IMG/VR virus record: IMGVR_UViG_3300027754_000085
Coordinates: 989 to 64,988 of that record
Strand: one strand, 5' to 3'
Length of the DNA: 64,000 bases
Source: a virus
Lineage: Duplodnaviria > Caudoviricetes
The translations under genes and the position numbers were made by a program. Below, piece by piece: positions 55,888-63,999 of this stretch; within the stretch, counting starts at the first letter, position 1, and every line of letters begins with the position of its first letter. The notes beneath the pieces are model-generated. The model searched no databases, was not told the origin of the DNA, and was given only the letters and a program-made list of their open reading frames with translations.

Positions 55888-57936
55888 ATGTCAGCATTGT
55901 CTTTTAATTTAGTCGAAGAATTTATTGCGCCATACAGAGCAAAGAAGGCGCCATTCGGTTATCAAGATGCAGCAGGAAATTCAGTAGGAGAGATTACTTT
56001 TCTTAGGACGTATTCAAGACTTAAGGCAAATGGTACTAAGGAGACATGGGCAGACGTATGCGAGAGAGTGATCAATGGCATGTACTCTTTGCAGAAAGAT
56101 CACGCCAAGACAAATAGACTTCCTTGGTCTGATGCCAAGGCAGCAGCCTCAGCAAAAGAAGCATTTGATCGCCTATGGAATTTAAAGTGGACTCCACCAG
56201 GTCGTGGATTATGGGTAATGGGAACTGACATAGTCAACGTTCAAAGAAACTCAGCAGCCTTACAGAACTGTGCATTTGTATCAACTGGCTCTATGACTAA
56301 AACAGACCCAGCCAAACCGTTTGCATTTTTAATGGAAGCGTCTATGCTTGGAGTAGGTGTTGGCTTTGATGACAAGGGTGCAGATAAAGACTTCACTATC
56401 TACGCACCACAAAAAGGAGAAACGTATGTCATCCCAGATACCCGAGAGGGATGGGTCGAATCCACAGCAGTCCTACTTAACTCTTACTTACGCCCAGACT
56501 TTAAGGCTCCTACCTTTGACTATGCACTTATCCGCAAAGCAGGGGAACCAATTAAAACTTTCGGTGGAACCGCAGCAGGTCCAGAGCCACTCATTAGGCT
56601 CCATAATTACATCGATGGAATCTTCAAAGAACGTGCTGGTCAGAAACTTACCCGCATTGACATCGCTGATATTGGGAACCTTATTGGGGTGTGTGTTGTT
56701 TCTGGTAATGTGCGTCGCTCTGCCGAACTTCTTATAGGTCGAGTAGATGATCAAGACTTCCTTAATTTAAAGAACTCAGATAAGTTTCCAGAACGTAACT
56801 CTTACGATCCTGCTAAACCAGGTTGGGCTTGGATGTCTAACAACTCTGTAGCAGTTAATGTTGGTGATGACCTAGACAACATTATTGAAGGTATTGCTTT
56901 GAATGGCGAGCCAGGTGTGGTCTGGATGGATATCTCTCGTCAGTATGGTCGCCTTTCTGATCCAATTAACAACAAAGACTGGCGTATTGCTGGCTACAAC
57001 CCATGTGCTGAACAATCTCTTGAATCATTCGAGTGTTGCACGTTAGTAGAGACTTACCTAAACCGTCATGAAACTTTAGAAGACTTCAAAAGAACTCTCA
57101 AGTTTGCATACCTTTACGCTAAGACTGTAACTCTCCTACCTACTCACTGGGAAGAGACCAATGCCATAATGCAACGCAATCGCCGTATTGGAACTTCTGT
57201 TTCAGGCGTTGCTAACTTTGCGGACAACAAAGGTCTTCCAGTATTACGTCAATGGATGGATGAAGGCTACAAAACTATCAAGGCTTATGACACTAACTAT
57301 TCAGAGTGGCTTGGCATACGTGAGTCAATAAAAATGACAACGGTTAAACCTTCTGGAACAGTGAGTATCTTGGCTGGAGAATCTCCAGGAGTTCACTGGA
57401 CTGTTGGTGGTAAATACTTTAATCGTGCAATTCGTTTTGCTAATAACGATCCAATGCTTCCCCTATTTAAAATGGCTAACTACAGAGTAGAACCAGCAAG
57501 TGAGTCTCCTGATACGACTTCTGTTGTCTTCTTCCCTATTAAGTCTTCGGCTAGGAGATCTGAAAAAGATGTAAGTATTTATGAGAAGATGGCACTTGCT
57601 GCAACTGCTCAACGCTACTGGTCAGACAATTCTGTTTCAGTAACTATCTCTTTTGATCCTGAGACAGAGGCTTCCTCTATTGGTACGGCTTTGCATATGT
57701 ATGACGGACAACTTAAGACTGTGTCCTTCTTACCTTCAGGTAATCATGTCTATGCACAAATGCCTTACACACAAATCACTGCCGAAGAGTATGAGAATGA
57801 AGGAACTTTAAAGTTATTTCCTATTGACTTTACTGGTGTTTACGCTGGTATGGCTTCTGATGCTATTGGTGAGGCTTACTGCACAACTGATGCTTGCGAA
57901 GTTCGCCTAATTAAAGAGCACCAAGTAACTCAATAA
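55888..57936 (+). CDS. nrdJ: Class II (adenosylcobalamin) ribonucleoside-triphosphate reductase
   Basis: RTYSR, PPGRGLW, NC, NPCAEQ, TVKPSGT and C-terminal CTTDAC. Confidence 0.95.
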   Translation: MSALSFNLVEEFIAPYRAKKAPFGYQDAAGNSVGEITFLRTYSRLKANGTKETWADVCERVINGMYSLQKDHAKTNRLPWSDAKAAASAKEAFDRLWNLKWTPPGRGLWVMGTDIVNVQRNSAALQNCAFVSTGSMTKTDPAKPFAFLMEASMLGVGVGFDDKGADKDFTIYAPQKGETYVIPDTREGWVESTAVLLNSYLRPDFKAPTFDYALIRKAGEPIKTFGGTAAGPEPLIRLHNYIDGIFKERAGQKLTRIDIADIGNLIGVCVVSGNVRRSAELLIGRVDDQDFLNLKNSDKFPERNSYDPAKPGWAWMSNNSVAVNVGDDLDNIIEGIALNGEPGVVWMDISRQYGRLSDPINNKDWRIAGYNPCAEQSLESFECCTLVETYLNRHETLEDFKRTLKFAYLYAKTVTLLPTHWEETNAIMQRNRRIGTSVSGVANFADNKGLPVLRQWMDEGYKTIKAYDTNYSEWLGIRESIKMTTVKPSGTVSILAGESPGVHWTVGGKYFNRAIRFANNDPMLPLFKMANYRVEPASESPDTTSVVFFPIKSSARRSEKDVSIYEKMALAATAQRYWSDNSVSVTISFDPETEASSIGTALHMYDGQLKTVSFLPSGNHVYAQMPYTQITAEEYENEGTLKLFPIDFTGVYAGMASDAIGEAYCTTDACEVRLIKEHQVTQ

Positions 57937-58168
57937 TTACATCTGCATGGCAAGGAAGTGGTGCACAAAAACAAACCAAATCCTTGCCACGCAAAGGTTC
58001 TAACCAATCTGGTTTGTCTTTTAGTATGGCTTCCGCATGGGCTTTGAACTTTTCTATGACTTCTGCTCTATCTCCGTCTTTTCCAATTACAAACGGATTT
58101 CCGTAAAGACTCCCACGACCTACATACTCAGCACCCTTTGGTGCTTGGTTAATTTTGTAAACTTTCAT
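57911..58168 (-). CDS. DUF4326-like protein
   Basis: YVGRGS.YGNPF...LRGKDLVCFCAP.PCHAD. Confidence 0.85.
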   Translation of the reverse strand: MKVYKINQAPKGAEYVGRGSLYGNPFVIGKDGDRAEVIEKFKAHAEAILKDKPDWLEPLRGKDLVCFCAPLPCHADVIIELLGAL

Positions 58169-58593
58169 TCTGATATGGCTTTTGGTATGGCTTTGCCTAT
58201 GGCTTTACACCTGTCTTGCTCTATGTGCTTTTTAATGGTTGTCTTTGAAGCCTCAACTAGGCTTTGAATTGTTGTATCAACCCCTATAAGTTTTACAGGA
58301 ACTGATTTCAAGGGCAAATCACATTCAGGACAAACCAGTATTAGTTGTCTGTCCCCAATTCTCCAAGGTTTAACGTCTAAGTTTGGTTCATCCCATTTCC
58401 AACTAAGTTGGGCTAAGTGTTTCCAAAACTCTTTTTCTACATCAATAACAATTTGTTTGCTTGTTATTTCTTTATTGTAGTGTTCTTTCTCAGACACAGA
58501 CTTGTAATAATCTGCTTTTGATTTTGTGTAACCCTCATGATAAGTATTTGGGTTCTCAAATTGCTTGGCTTTATCTAGGTATCCCTTTTTCAC
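58165..58593 (-). CDS. Hypothetical protein
   Basis: CPEC; C-terminal KAIGKAIPKAI; GGAG SD. Confidence 0.5.
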   Translation of the reverse strand: MKKGYLDKAKQFENPNTYHEGYTKSKADYYKSVSEKEHYNKEITSKQIVIDVEKEFWKHLAQLSWKWDEPNLDVKPWRIGDRQLILVCPECDLPLKSVPVKLIGVDTTIQSLVEASKTTIKKHIEQDRCKAIGKAIPKAISE

Positions 58594-58653
58594 TTATGCT
58601 CCAATCTAACTAACTAACTCATCTGGCGGCCAGGTAAGTTACTTACTGAGTAA

Positions 58654-58675
58654 GCCCCCTCATTTCTGAGGGGGC
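58654..58675. terminator. GC-rich hairpin (probable terminator)
   Basis: GCCCCCTCA-tttc-TGAGGGGGC directly after the 58682 stop. Confidence 0.6.
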
Positions 58676-58681
58676 CTCTCT

Positions 58682-59371
58682 TTATGCTCCTGCTCTTGCT
58701 CTTGCTTTGGCTTTTGCTAAGGCTTTGGCTTTTGCCTTGTCCTTTGCTTTTGCTATGGCTTTTGCTATGGCTTGTGAATTGCTGTAAGGGAACTTCTTTA
58801 ACCATGCCTTTGTGGCTGGTGTTAACCCCTTCCATGCTCTCCAGTTTTCTCCTTCATTACTCATAAAATAAGCAACTTGGGCATTTACCACAGGGCTTAA
58901 CAGTTCAGCATTTGATTCCAAATTGAACTTTGCTCTGCGATCCACCCCTAATTGACCGATCATATTGACTTGAAATAATCCATAAGAACTATCTCCTGTC
59001 TTTCGGTTTCCGTTGTAGGCGAGTGGTCGACCATGTGATTCTTTTTTGACTATTGCCCACGCTTCTTGTAGGGCTTTGCCTTTAAAGCCAACTGCCTTTA
59101 GCAACTCTACCAACTGGGTGTCGGTCAGGGTATCTGCGTTTCGATACTTGGCTAGAGTATGTGTGTTTAGTTGTTTTTGTATCACTAGGGCTTCGGCTTT
59201 AGTTGGGGCAACACATTCGGTTGTTCCGAAAATAGTTATCCCAAGAGCCAAGACCATAATTAGTCCACCTACTCCTAGTGCTTTGGCTTTTGATATGGCT
59301 TTGCTTTTCTGCTCTGCCATAACCTTTTCTACTGCTCTTGCGCTTGCTTGTGCTTGTGCTTTCATTATCAC
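58682..59371 (-). CDS. Membrane-anchored lysozyme-like transglycosylase with an Ala/Lys-rich tail
   Basis: TM segment; KES.G...N...DSSYGLFQVN...WRAW. Confidence 0.8.
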   Translation of the reverse strand: MIMKAQAQASARAVEKVMAEQKSKAISKAKALGVGGLIMVLALGITIFGTTECVAPTKAEALVIQKQLNTHTLAKYRNADTLTDTQLVELLKAVGFKGKALQEAWAIVKKESHGRPLAYNGNRKTGDSSYGLFQVNMIGQLGVDRRAKFNLESNAELLSPVVNAQVAYFMSNEGENWRAWKGLTPATKAWLKKFPYSNSQAIAKAIAKAKDKAKAKALAKAKARARAGA

Positions 59372-60693
59372 TCCAAAAAGTCGTTAGCACCTTCTGATGC
59401 CTTTGACTGGTGTGAACGAAGGCGATGTAAGTATCGCTCTGTCGTCTTGATCGATTGGTGTCCTAATCGCTCTTTTACTTCATGGACATCTACGCCGTTT
59501 TTTAATAACTGCGTAGCGTTGGCATGTCGTAAGTCGTGAGTTCTAGGCAACCAGCCGATTGCGGACTGGGCTATTGCTTTGTTCCATATAGTTCTCCATA
59601 CATTTCGTGGCAAATGACTCGTTTGGTCGATGAAACTCACCTGCTTCGGCTTCTGCTTCGGCTTTTGATATGGCTTCTGCTTTGCTTGCTTCGGCTGTGC
59701 TTCTGCTATGGCTTTGGCTCTGCGGTGATCTCTCACCGATTGCCTACAACCTTCGCATCTACAACCCCCATGTGTATAGGAGTAGAGAGTCCCATGCTGG
59801 AACAGTTTTCCGTTCCTTGCGAATGGTCGCAAGGACTCTGTGCCACGAATGTTTGCCTTAACCATAGCCTTTGGAACTACCGATGTCCTTGAAAACAGGA
59901 GATCATCTTTTGCTAGGGCTTTTGCTAGGACATAGGCTTGAATGTCCTGTAATAGAGGCTTGCTTATCATCAAACTGCGCTTGTAACCCGATTTTGTGGC
60001 TTCTATGACCATAAATCGAACTCCGTTGTTGTAATTCGCCCCAAGATCACTAACTCGGCGTTGAACGAATAATTCCCCAGTTTTGAAATTGAAATCTTTT
60101 ACTCGGACTTCTGTTGCTTCCCCAAATCTAAGTCCACTAGCCACTAAGAACTGGGCAAATAATTGCGCCCCCTCTGTCGGTAAGTGCTTAACGATCTCTT
60201 TGAAATCATCGGGGTCGAGAACATTAGTCAGATCGGCTTGCTTGATCTTGATCTTAATTCCCTGAGTTGGATTGGAACTCAATTCCCCAGTTTGAACTAA
60301 CTTTGAAAACGCTGATCCGAGCGATGCCTTCACTTGTCCAAGAGTGGCTGAACCCACCTTCTCGGACTTTAGATCGCTAAGTAACTGGCTGATCTCCCGT
60401 ATGCTGATCGAAGTTACTTCCTGATCGCCAATTCGGGGCAGAACATAATTATCGAGAATAGATCGGTAACCCTTTTTTGTGATCGGCATCAGATCGGCAG
60501 TTGGAAGCCATTGATCAATATAGGCAGATAGCGTTAATTGGCTTTTAGAAGGCTTTGGTAGCCCTAATCTCTCGGATTGAATGGCGTTATACATGGCTTC
60601 GGTTTCGGTGTCCCAAGTCCCTGCTGAAAGCCTTTTACCAGCGTGTCGATAATAGCCAGTAAATCTATTTTGACGCTTGATCACATAAGCCAT
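59368..60693 (-). CDS. int: Tyrosine recombinase/integrase with a Zn-finger-like insertion
   Basis: SGLRFGE, TK, HDLRH, LGH and TERY; start re-placed at ATG 60693. Confidence 0.9.
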   Translation of the reverse strand: MAYVIKRQNRFTGYYRHAGKRLSAGTWDTETEAMYNAIQSERLGLPKPSKSQLTLSAYIDQWLPTADLMPITKKGYRSILDNYVLPRIGDQEVTSISIREISQLLSDLKSEKVGSATLGQVKASLGSAFSKLVQTGELSSNPTQGIKIKIKQADLTNVLDPDDFKEIVKHLPTEGAQLFAQFLVASGLRFGEATEVRVKDFNFKTGELFVQRRVSDLGANYNNGVRFMVIEATKSGYKRSLMISKPLLQDIQAYVLAKALAKDDLLFSRTSVVPKAMVKANIRGTESLRPFARNGKLFQHGTLYSYTHGGCRCEGCRQSVRDHRRAKAIAEAQPKQAKQKPYQKPKQKPKQVSFIDQTSHLPRNVWRTIWNKAIAQSAIGWLPRTHDLRHANATQLLKNGVDVHEVKERLGHQSIKTTERYLHRLRSHQSKASEGANDFLE

Positions 60694-60713
60694 AACCCAC
60701 CCCCTTCGGTTGT

Positions 60714-60905
60714 TACTGGTGAGTAATGTTACTCGCCAGTAGGTTTCAAAGCAAAAAATCACCCCCAACCCGATTAAGGATTGGGGGTGATTTAAATCAC
60801 ATAGGGACTAAGGCGAATTGGCTTATGTAGGGACTAACTCGAAGATCAGCCAGAAAAGTTAGTTCACGCTAGAACTAACTTATGGTGGCTTCAGAAAAGT
60901 TAGTT
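60714..60905. repeat. attP-like/operator region with palindromes and direct repeats
   Basis: IR 60714-60741; palindrome 60787-60800; TAGGGACTAA twice; CAGAAAAGTTAGTT twice. Confidence 0.55.
60753..60793 (-). terminator. Rho-independent terminator (minus strand)
   Basis: AAATCACCCCCAA...TTGGGGGTGATTT followed by a T-run on the minus strand. Confidence 0.7.
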
Positions 60906-61449
60906 ACCAACTTGCTCGGTAACTGAACTCTAGGTCAGCGTGTTCGAGTAACGAAGTGATCAGATCAATCGTGTATTCGAGTTGCCAATAATAAAAATCA
61001 TCAAGTTCAGTATCACCAAAGAAAAATCCCTCAGCAGGTTGAACTGGATTTTCATACTGATCAGCATTGAGTTCTTGATTAAGAGAGTTCAAATAGTCGC
61101 ATAATAAATAAAATACTTTGTTATTTGTGATCTCGTATTTGCGATCAGGATTAGCCAAAGCAATTAAGCAATCGTTTCTTAAACTTTCTAATTGATCTCT
61201 GCTCAGATGTATCTCTTGGCAGTTATCCTCACCACCAGCGCAGTTACTTACAACCCAGTTATGAATTGCGTTTGCTTTGCGCCAGTAACCAACCTTCTGT
61301 TTAACTTCCATACCTGAATACTCAGGAGTTGGTAATTGTTCCAACTTTGCTAACTTTTGGATTTCGTTAAACATAGTTGGGTGATCTTTGTCCATGAAAT
61401 CTGATGAATGGATATACCGATTGGCATACAGATACATATCTAATCCCAT
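60904..61449 (-). CDS. Conserved-type phage protein
   Basis: MGLDMY...YWRKANAIHNW...GFFFG...YRASW. Confidence 0.65.
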   Translation of the reverse strand: MGLDMYLYANRYIHSSDFMDKDHPTMFNEIQKLAKLEQLPTPEYSGMEVKQKVGYWRKANAIHNWVVSNCAGGEDNCQEIHLSRDQLESLRNDCLIALANPDRKYEITNNKVFYLLCDYLNSLNQELNADQYENPVQPAEGFFFGDTELDDFYYWQLEYTIDLITSLLEHADLEFSYRASW

Positions 61450-61610
61450 TATTCGATCTCCTTAACAATATCGATCGCAACATCGATTGCGCTTATTGCG
61501 CCGTCTAGCGTTGCGTAATCAGTATTTCCGTCAGATTCAGCATTGATCTGACGATCACGCCAAAGCATTTGAAGTGAACTAAGTTCTTTTAATGCTTGAT
61601 CTTTAGTCAT
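61449..61610 (-). CDS. Small hypothetical protein, absent from ORF track
   Basis: MTKDQALKELSSLQ...IVKEIE; coupled. Confidence 0.5.
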   Translation of the reverse strand: MTKDQALKELSSLQMLWRDRQINAESDGNTDYATLDGAISAIDVAIDIVKEIE

Positions 61611-61756
61611 TCTACGATCTCCCACTCAAAGCCTTTGATCTTGCCTTCAATCTCTAATTGCTCGATCTGATATTTAATTAGATCATGGGCAAACGCTGGT
61701 GCGTTATCTCCTTCGTGATCATCATTAAGTTCAATATAGATATTCATTAAAGCCAT
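61607..61756 (-). CDS. Small hypothetical protein, absent from ORF track
   Basis: MALMNIYIELND...WEIVE; coupled. Confidence 0.5.
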   Translation of the reverse strand: MALMNIYIELNDDHEGDNAPAFAHDLIKYQIEQLEIEGKIKGFEWEIVE

Positions 61757-61947
61757 TAGTCGATCTCCTGTTCCATTATCGGGCGGTTAGACACCCAGTT
61801 GTCGATTGTTTCTTGTTTCCAAACTGGTGTTCTCCCGATCATCTTGTCGGGTTTGGGAAGGGTGTTGCGCTTTCGATACTTGTAAAGAGTTTTGAGTTTT
61901 AGCCCTGTTTGTTTTGCTATGTCTGTATTTGTGAGCCATTCGCTCAT
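61756..61947 (-). CDS. AlpA/excisionase-like HTH protein
   Basis: LT..DIA..TG....TLY.Y.....LP.PD...GRTPVW...TID.W. Confidence 0.75.
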   Translation of the reverse strand: MSEWLTNTDIAKQTGLKLKTLYKYRKRNTLPKPDKMIGRTPVWKQETIDNWVSNRPIMEQEID

Positions 61948-62447
61948 AACGCTTTCCCAACTTTCTTTTTACTCTCATTTATTTTTTTCCTTTCGATATA
62001 CCAAGTTGTTATTGGCTTACAGTTATCGTAATTAGTTACACGATCTACCCATACATAAGGCAGATCATTAGGAACTTTGAACTGGTAATGATCAGAGTTC
62101 TTACGCTTTAAGTTACTTTGATGCGATCTATGAACTTTTTTATTACCTAACCATAAGGGCAAACCTGTGTCGGGTAATTCGGAATAGATCGCAATAAATC
62201 TTTCTCGCATAGTGTCCTTGTATCCACGACTAATCCATTCATCGCAGATCGCAATTCCGTATTCGCATAGTGATCGCTCATGTCCACGCCACATTTTAGT
62301 AATTGGGTGATTAACCCAACCCTTAGTCTGTCCACGAAGGGCATTAAGAACCTGCCACGCCTCAACTCGTTGCTTACCTAATCTCCTGTAATCAAGAGCC
62401 TTAGCCGATCGTTTAAAGTCCGAATAAGGTAAGAATGTATTAACCAT
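61944..62447 (-). CDS. Pyrimidine-dimer DNA glycosylase (endonuclease V / MSMEG_6728-like)
   Basis: TFLPY...LD.RRLGKQRVE...HP...MW.G...SHQSNL. Confidence 0.8.
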   Translation of the reverse strand: MVNTFLPYSDFKRSAKALDYRRLGKQRVEAWQVLNALRGQTKGWVNHPITKMWRGHERSLCEYGIAICDEWISRGYKDTMRERFIAIYSELPDTGLPLWLGNKKVHRSHQSNLKRKNSDHYQFKVPNDLPYVWVDRVTNYDNCKPITTWYIERKKINESKKKVGKAL

Positions 62448-62739
62448 TGTTATTACTCCTATTTTGTTTTCGTTTGATTGATTCTCTTTCGGCTTCGGTT
62501 AAACCGCCCCAAATCCCATAACGAATACTGTTATCGAGAGCAAAAGATAAGCACTCACTCTTAGTAGTTGTTTTACAATTAGCACAGATTCTTTTAGCAT
62601 TTTGTATTTTTTCCTGATCAGTTGGGTCAGGAAAGAACAATTCGGGGTCAGTTGATTGACATGGTGCGTTGTCAATCTTGCGTGATACTGGTGTTTTTAA
62701 TGGGAAGTGTTTGCCTTTAAGTTTTGATTCATCACTCAT
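62440..62739 (-). CDS. whiB: WhiB-family regulator (second copy)
   Basis: C..TDPELFFP...AK.IC..C.....C...GIWGGLTE.ER. Confidence 0.9.
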   Translation of the reverse strand: MSDESKLKGKHFPLKTPVSRKIDNAPCQSTDPELFFPDPTDQEKIQNAKRICANCKTTTKSECLSFALDNSIRYGIWGGLTEAERESIKRKQNRSNNNG

Positions 62740-63049
62740 CAATTTCACCGCTTTTTATGAAGTCAACATACTTCTCCATTACTTCAACAAGATCAGTAGG
62801 AGATAGGTCATTGAAGCGCAATAGAACTTCAATAATATGAATTAGACCCCAAACCAACATCTCAGGTTCAAGATCATGCTCTTTGATCAAAGAGTTTAAA
62901 TGTTCATTGGCTAAGTGTTCTTTGATCTCAGTTGGAAGGCTATCGGGGCGTTCTTGATCAACTTTAAACCCACGAATAACTTTTAAAAACTCTGTTGCGA
63001 ACTTAACTGAGTTGATTAAATCTTTCTGATCTTTACTTAACTCACTCAT
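62732..63049 (-). CDS. Hypothetical protein
   Basis: Coupled ORF with SD. Confidence 0.5.
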   Translation of the reverse strand: MSELSKDQKDLINSVKFATEFLKVIRGFKVDQERPDSLPTEIKEHLANEHLNSLIKEHDLEPEMLVWGLIHIIEVLLRFNDLSPTDLVEVMEKYVDFIKSGEIDE

Positions 63050-63255
63050 TCCTTCTCCTTTAGGTAGTTGTTAGCAATCTCATTGAGTTGGTCATACTTT
63101 GAGAAGCCGTAATTGTTTTGATGACCTGTATTTTCTGAGCAATCAACACATTGTCCTGATACTGGAACTTCACAACCACATTCACAGTTACATTGGGGTT
63201 CTTGATCGAAAACTTCATCGAATAAACTTTCGTCAAGTGGTGCGCCGTCATACAT
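63046..63255 (-). CDS. Cys-rich small protein
   Basis: CNCECGC...CVDC...H; start re-placed at 63255 (AGGAG SD). Confidence 0.5.
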   Translation of the reverse strand: MYDGAPLDESLFDEVFDQEPQCNCECGCEVPVSGQCVDCSENTGHQNNYGFSKYDQLNEIANNYLKEKE

Positions 63256-63400
63256 TAGTTCTCCTTTGTCGAAAATACGCTGATTCAATTTTTCTGATCG
63301 TAATCCGATCAGTATTAAACATCTTTGCCACTTCTGCCAAAGATCGTTGGTAATTAACTCGCTGATCAATAATTTGATCAATCTCTAATTGCGTGAACAT
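63248..63400 (-). CDS. Stand-alone sigma70 region-4-like HTH (50 aa), absent from ORF track
   Basis: QRSLAEVAKMFNTDRITIRKIE; GGAG SD. Confidence 0.55.
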   Translation of the reverse strand: MFTQLEIDQIIDQRVNYQRSLAEVAKMFNTDRITIRKIESAYFRQRRTNV

Positions 63401-63430
63401 TAAAACTCCGTTTCTAATAGTGAGAAGTCA

Positions 63431-63540
63431 GGTAGGCGCAGATACGACTAGGCAAAGTCAGTTGCCATAATGATCGCCCTTCACAAGTAAAGGAGTAGGG
63501 GAAAATGAAAGACCCTACAAACCTTGCGTTAACGCCTACC
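63431..63540. ncRNA. Candidate multi-stem structured RNA
   Basis: Closing stem GGTAGGCG/CGCCTACC enclosing three hairpins. Confidence 0.35.
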
Positions 63541-63552
63541 CAACAAAGTTAA

Positions 63553-63735
63553 TTAAGCGTTTAGTTTTTTCTTGAACTGGCGTTGCGCTTCAACGCAGTT
63601 GAAACAGAACCAAAGAATGTCCTGTGAATAAGCATCTGTGATCATTTGACCACTAGTTTTTAGTCCTTGTTGACCGCATTGATCACATAGATCAAGTTGA
63701 TCAGGAGTAACTTTTATTATTTCAAAGTAACCCAT
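63553..63735 (-). CDS. Small Zn-finger protein
   Basis: CDQC...CFNC. Confidence 0.55.
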   Translation of the reverse strand: MGYFEIIKVTPDQLDLCDQCGQQGLKTSGQMITDAYSQDILWFCFNCVEAQRQFKKKLNA

Positions 63736-63896
63736 TATTTATTCCACCCATAACATTCCAGCATTGATTTGAAGCAGTAACGATCTCCAACCCAATTAAC
63801 ATGATCAACAACCCACATTAGCCCTGAGAGAGCGACCAATACAGTTACCAGTAAAGAGATCGCAAATACGATCTCACCTCTACGAGTTAGGTTCAT
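63735..63896 (-). CDS. Small membrane protein
   Basis: MNLTRRG followed by a TM segment. Confidence 0.55.
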   Translation of the reverse strand: MNLTRRGEIVFAISLLVTVLVALSGLMWVVDHVNWVGDRYCFKSMLECYGWNK

Positions 63897-63999
63897 TTTA
63901 AGCACTCCTTTCCATAGCAAGTCGGTATCTCCAACTGTTTAATTCTTTGTGCGTTTTAATTCTGTGGCAACTAGAACAACGAACCACACATTTCTTGAT
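63893..63999 (-). CDS. HNH endonuclease-like C-terminus (partial)
   Basis: IKKCVVRCSSCHRIKTH. Confidence 0.55.

Noticed and set aside
39048-57936. Inteins or introns in polA, recA or nrdJ
   Set aside because: Lengths are normal and no splice motifs were seen
58614-58866. Poly-Leu and SKS-rich ORFs
   Set aside because: Shadows of the GGCTT repeat region within the transglycosylase gene
63431-63540. tRNA gene
   Set aside because: No T-loop, D-loop or CCA; kept only as a generic ncRNA candidate. No tRNAs were recognised in the window
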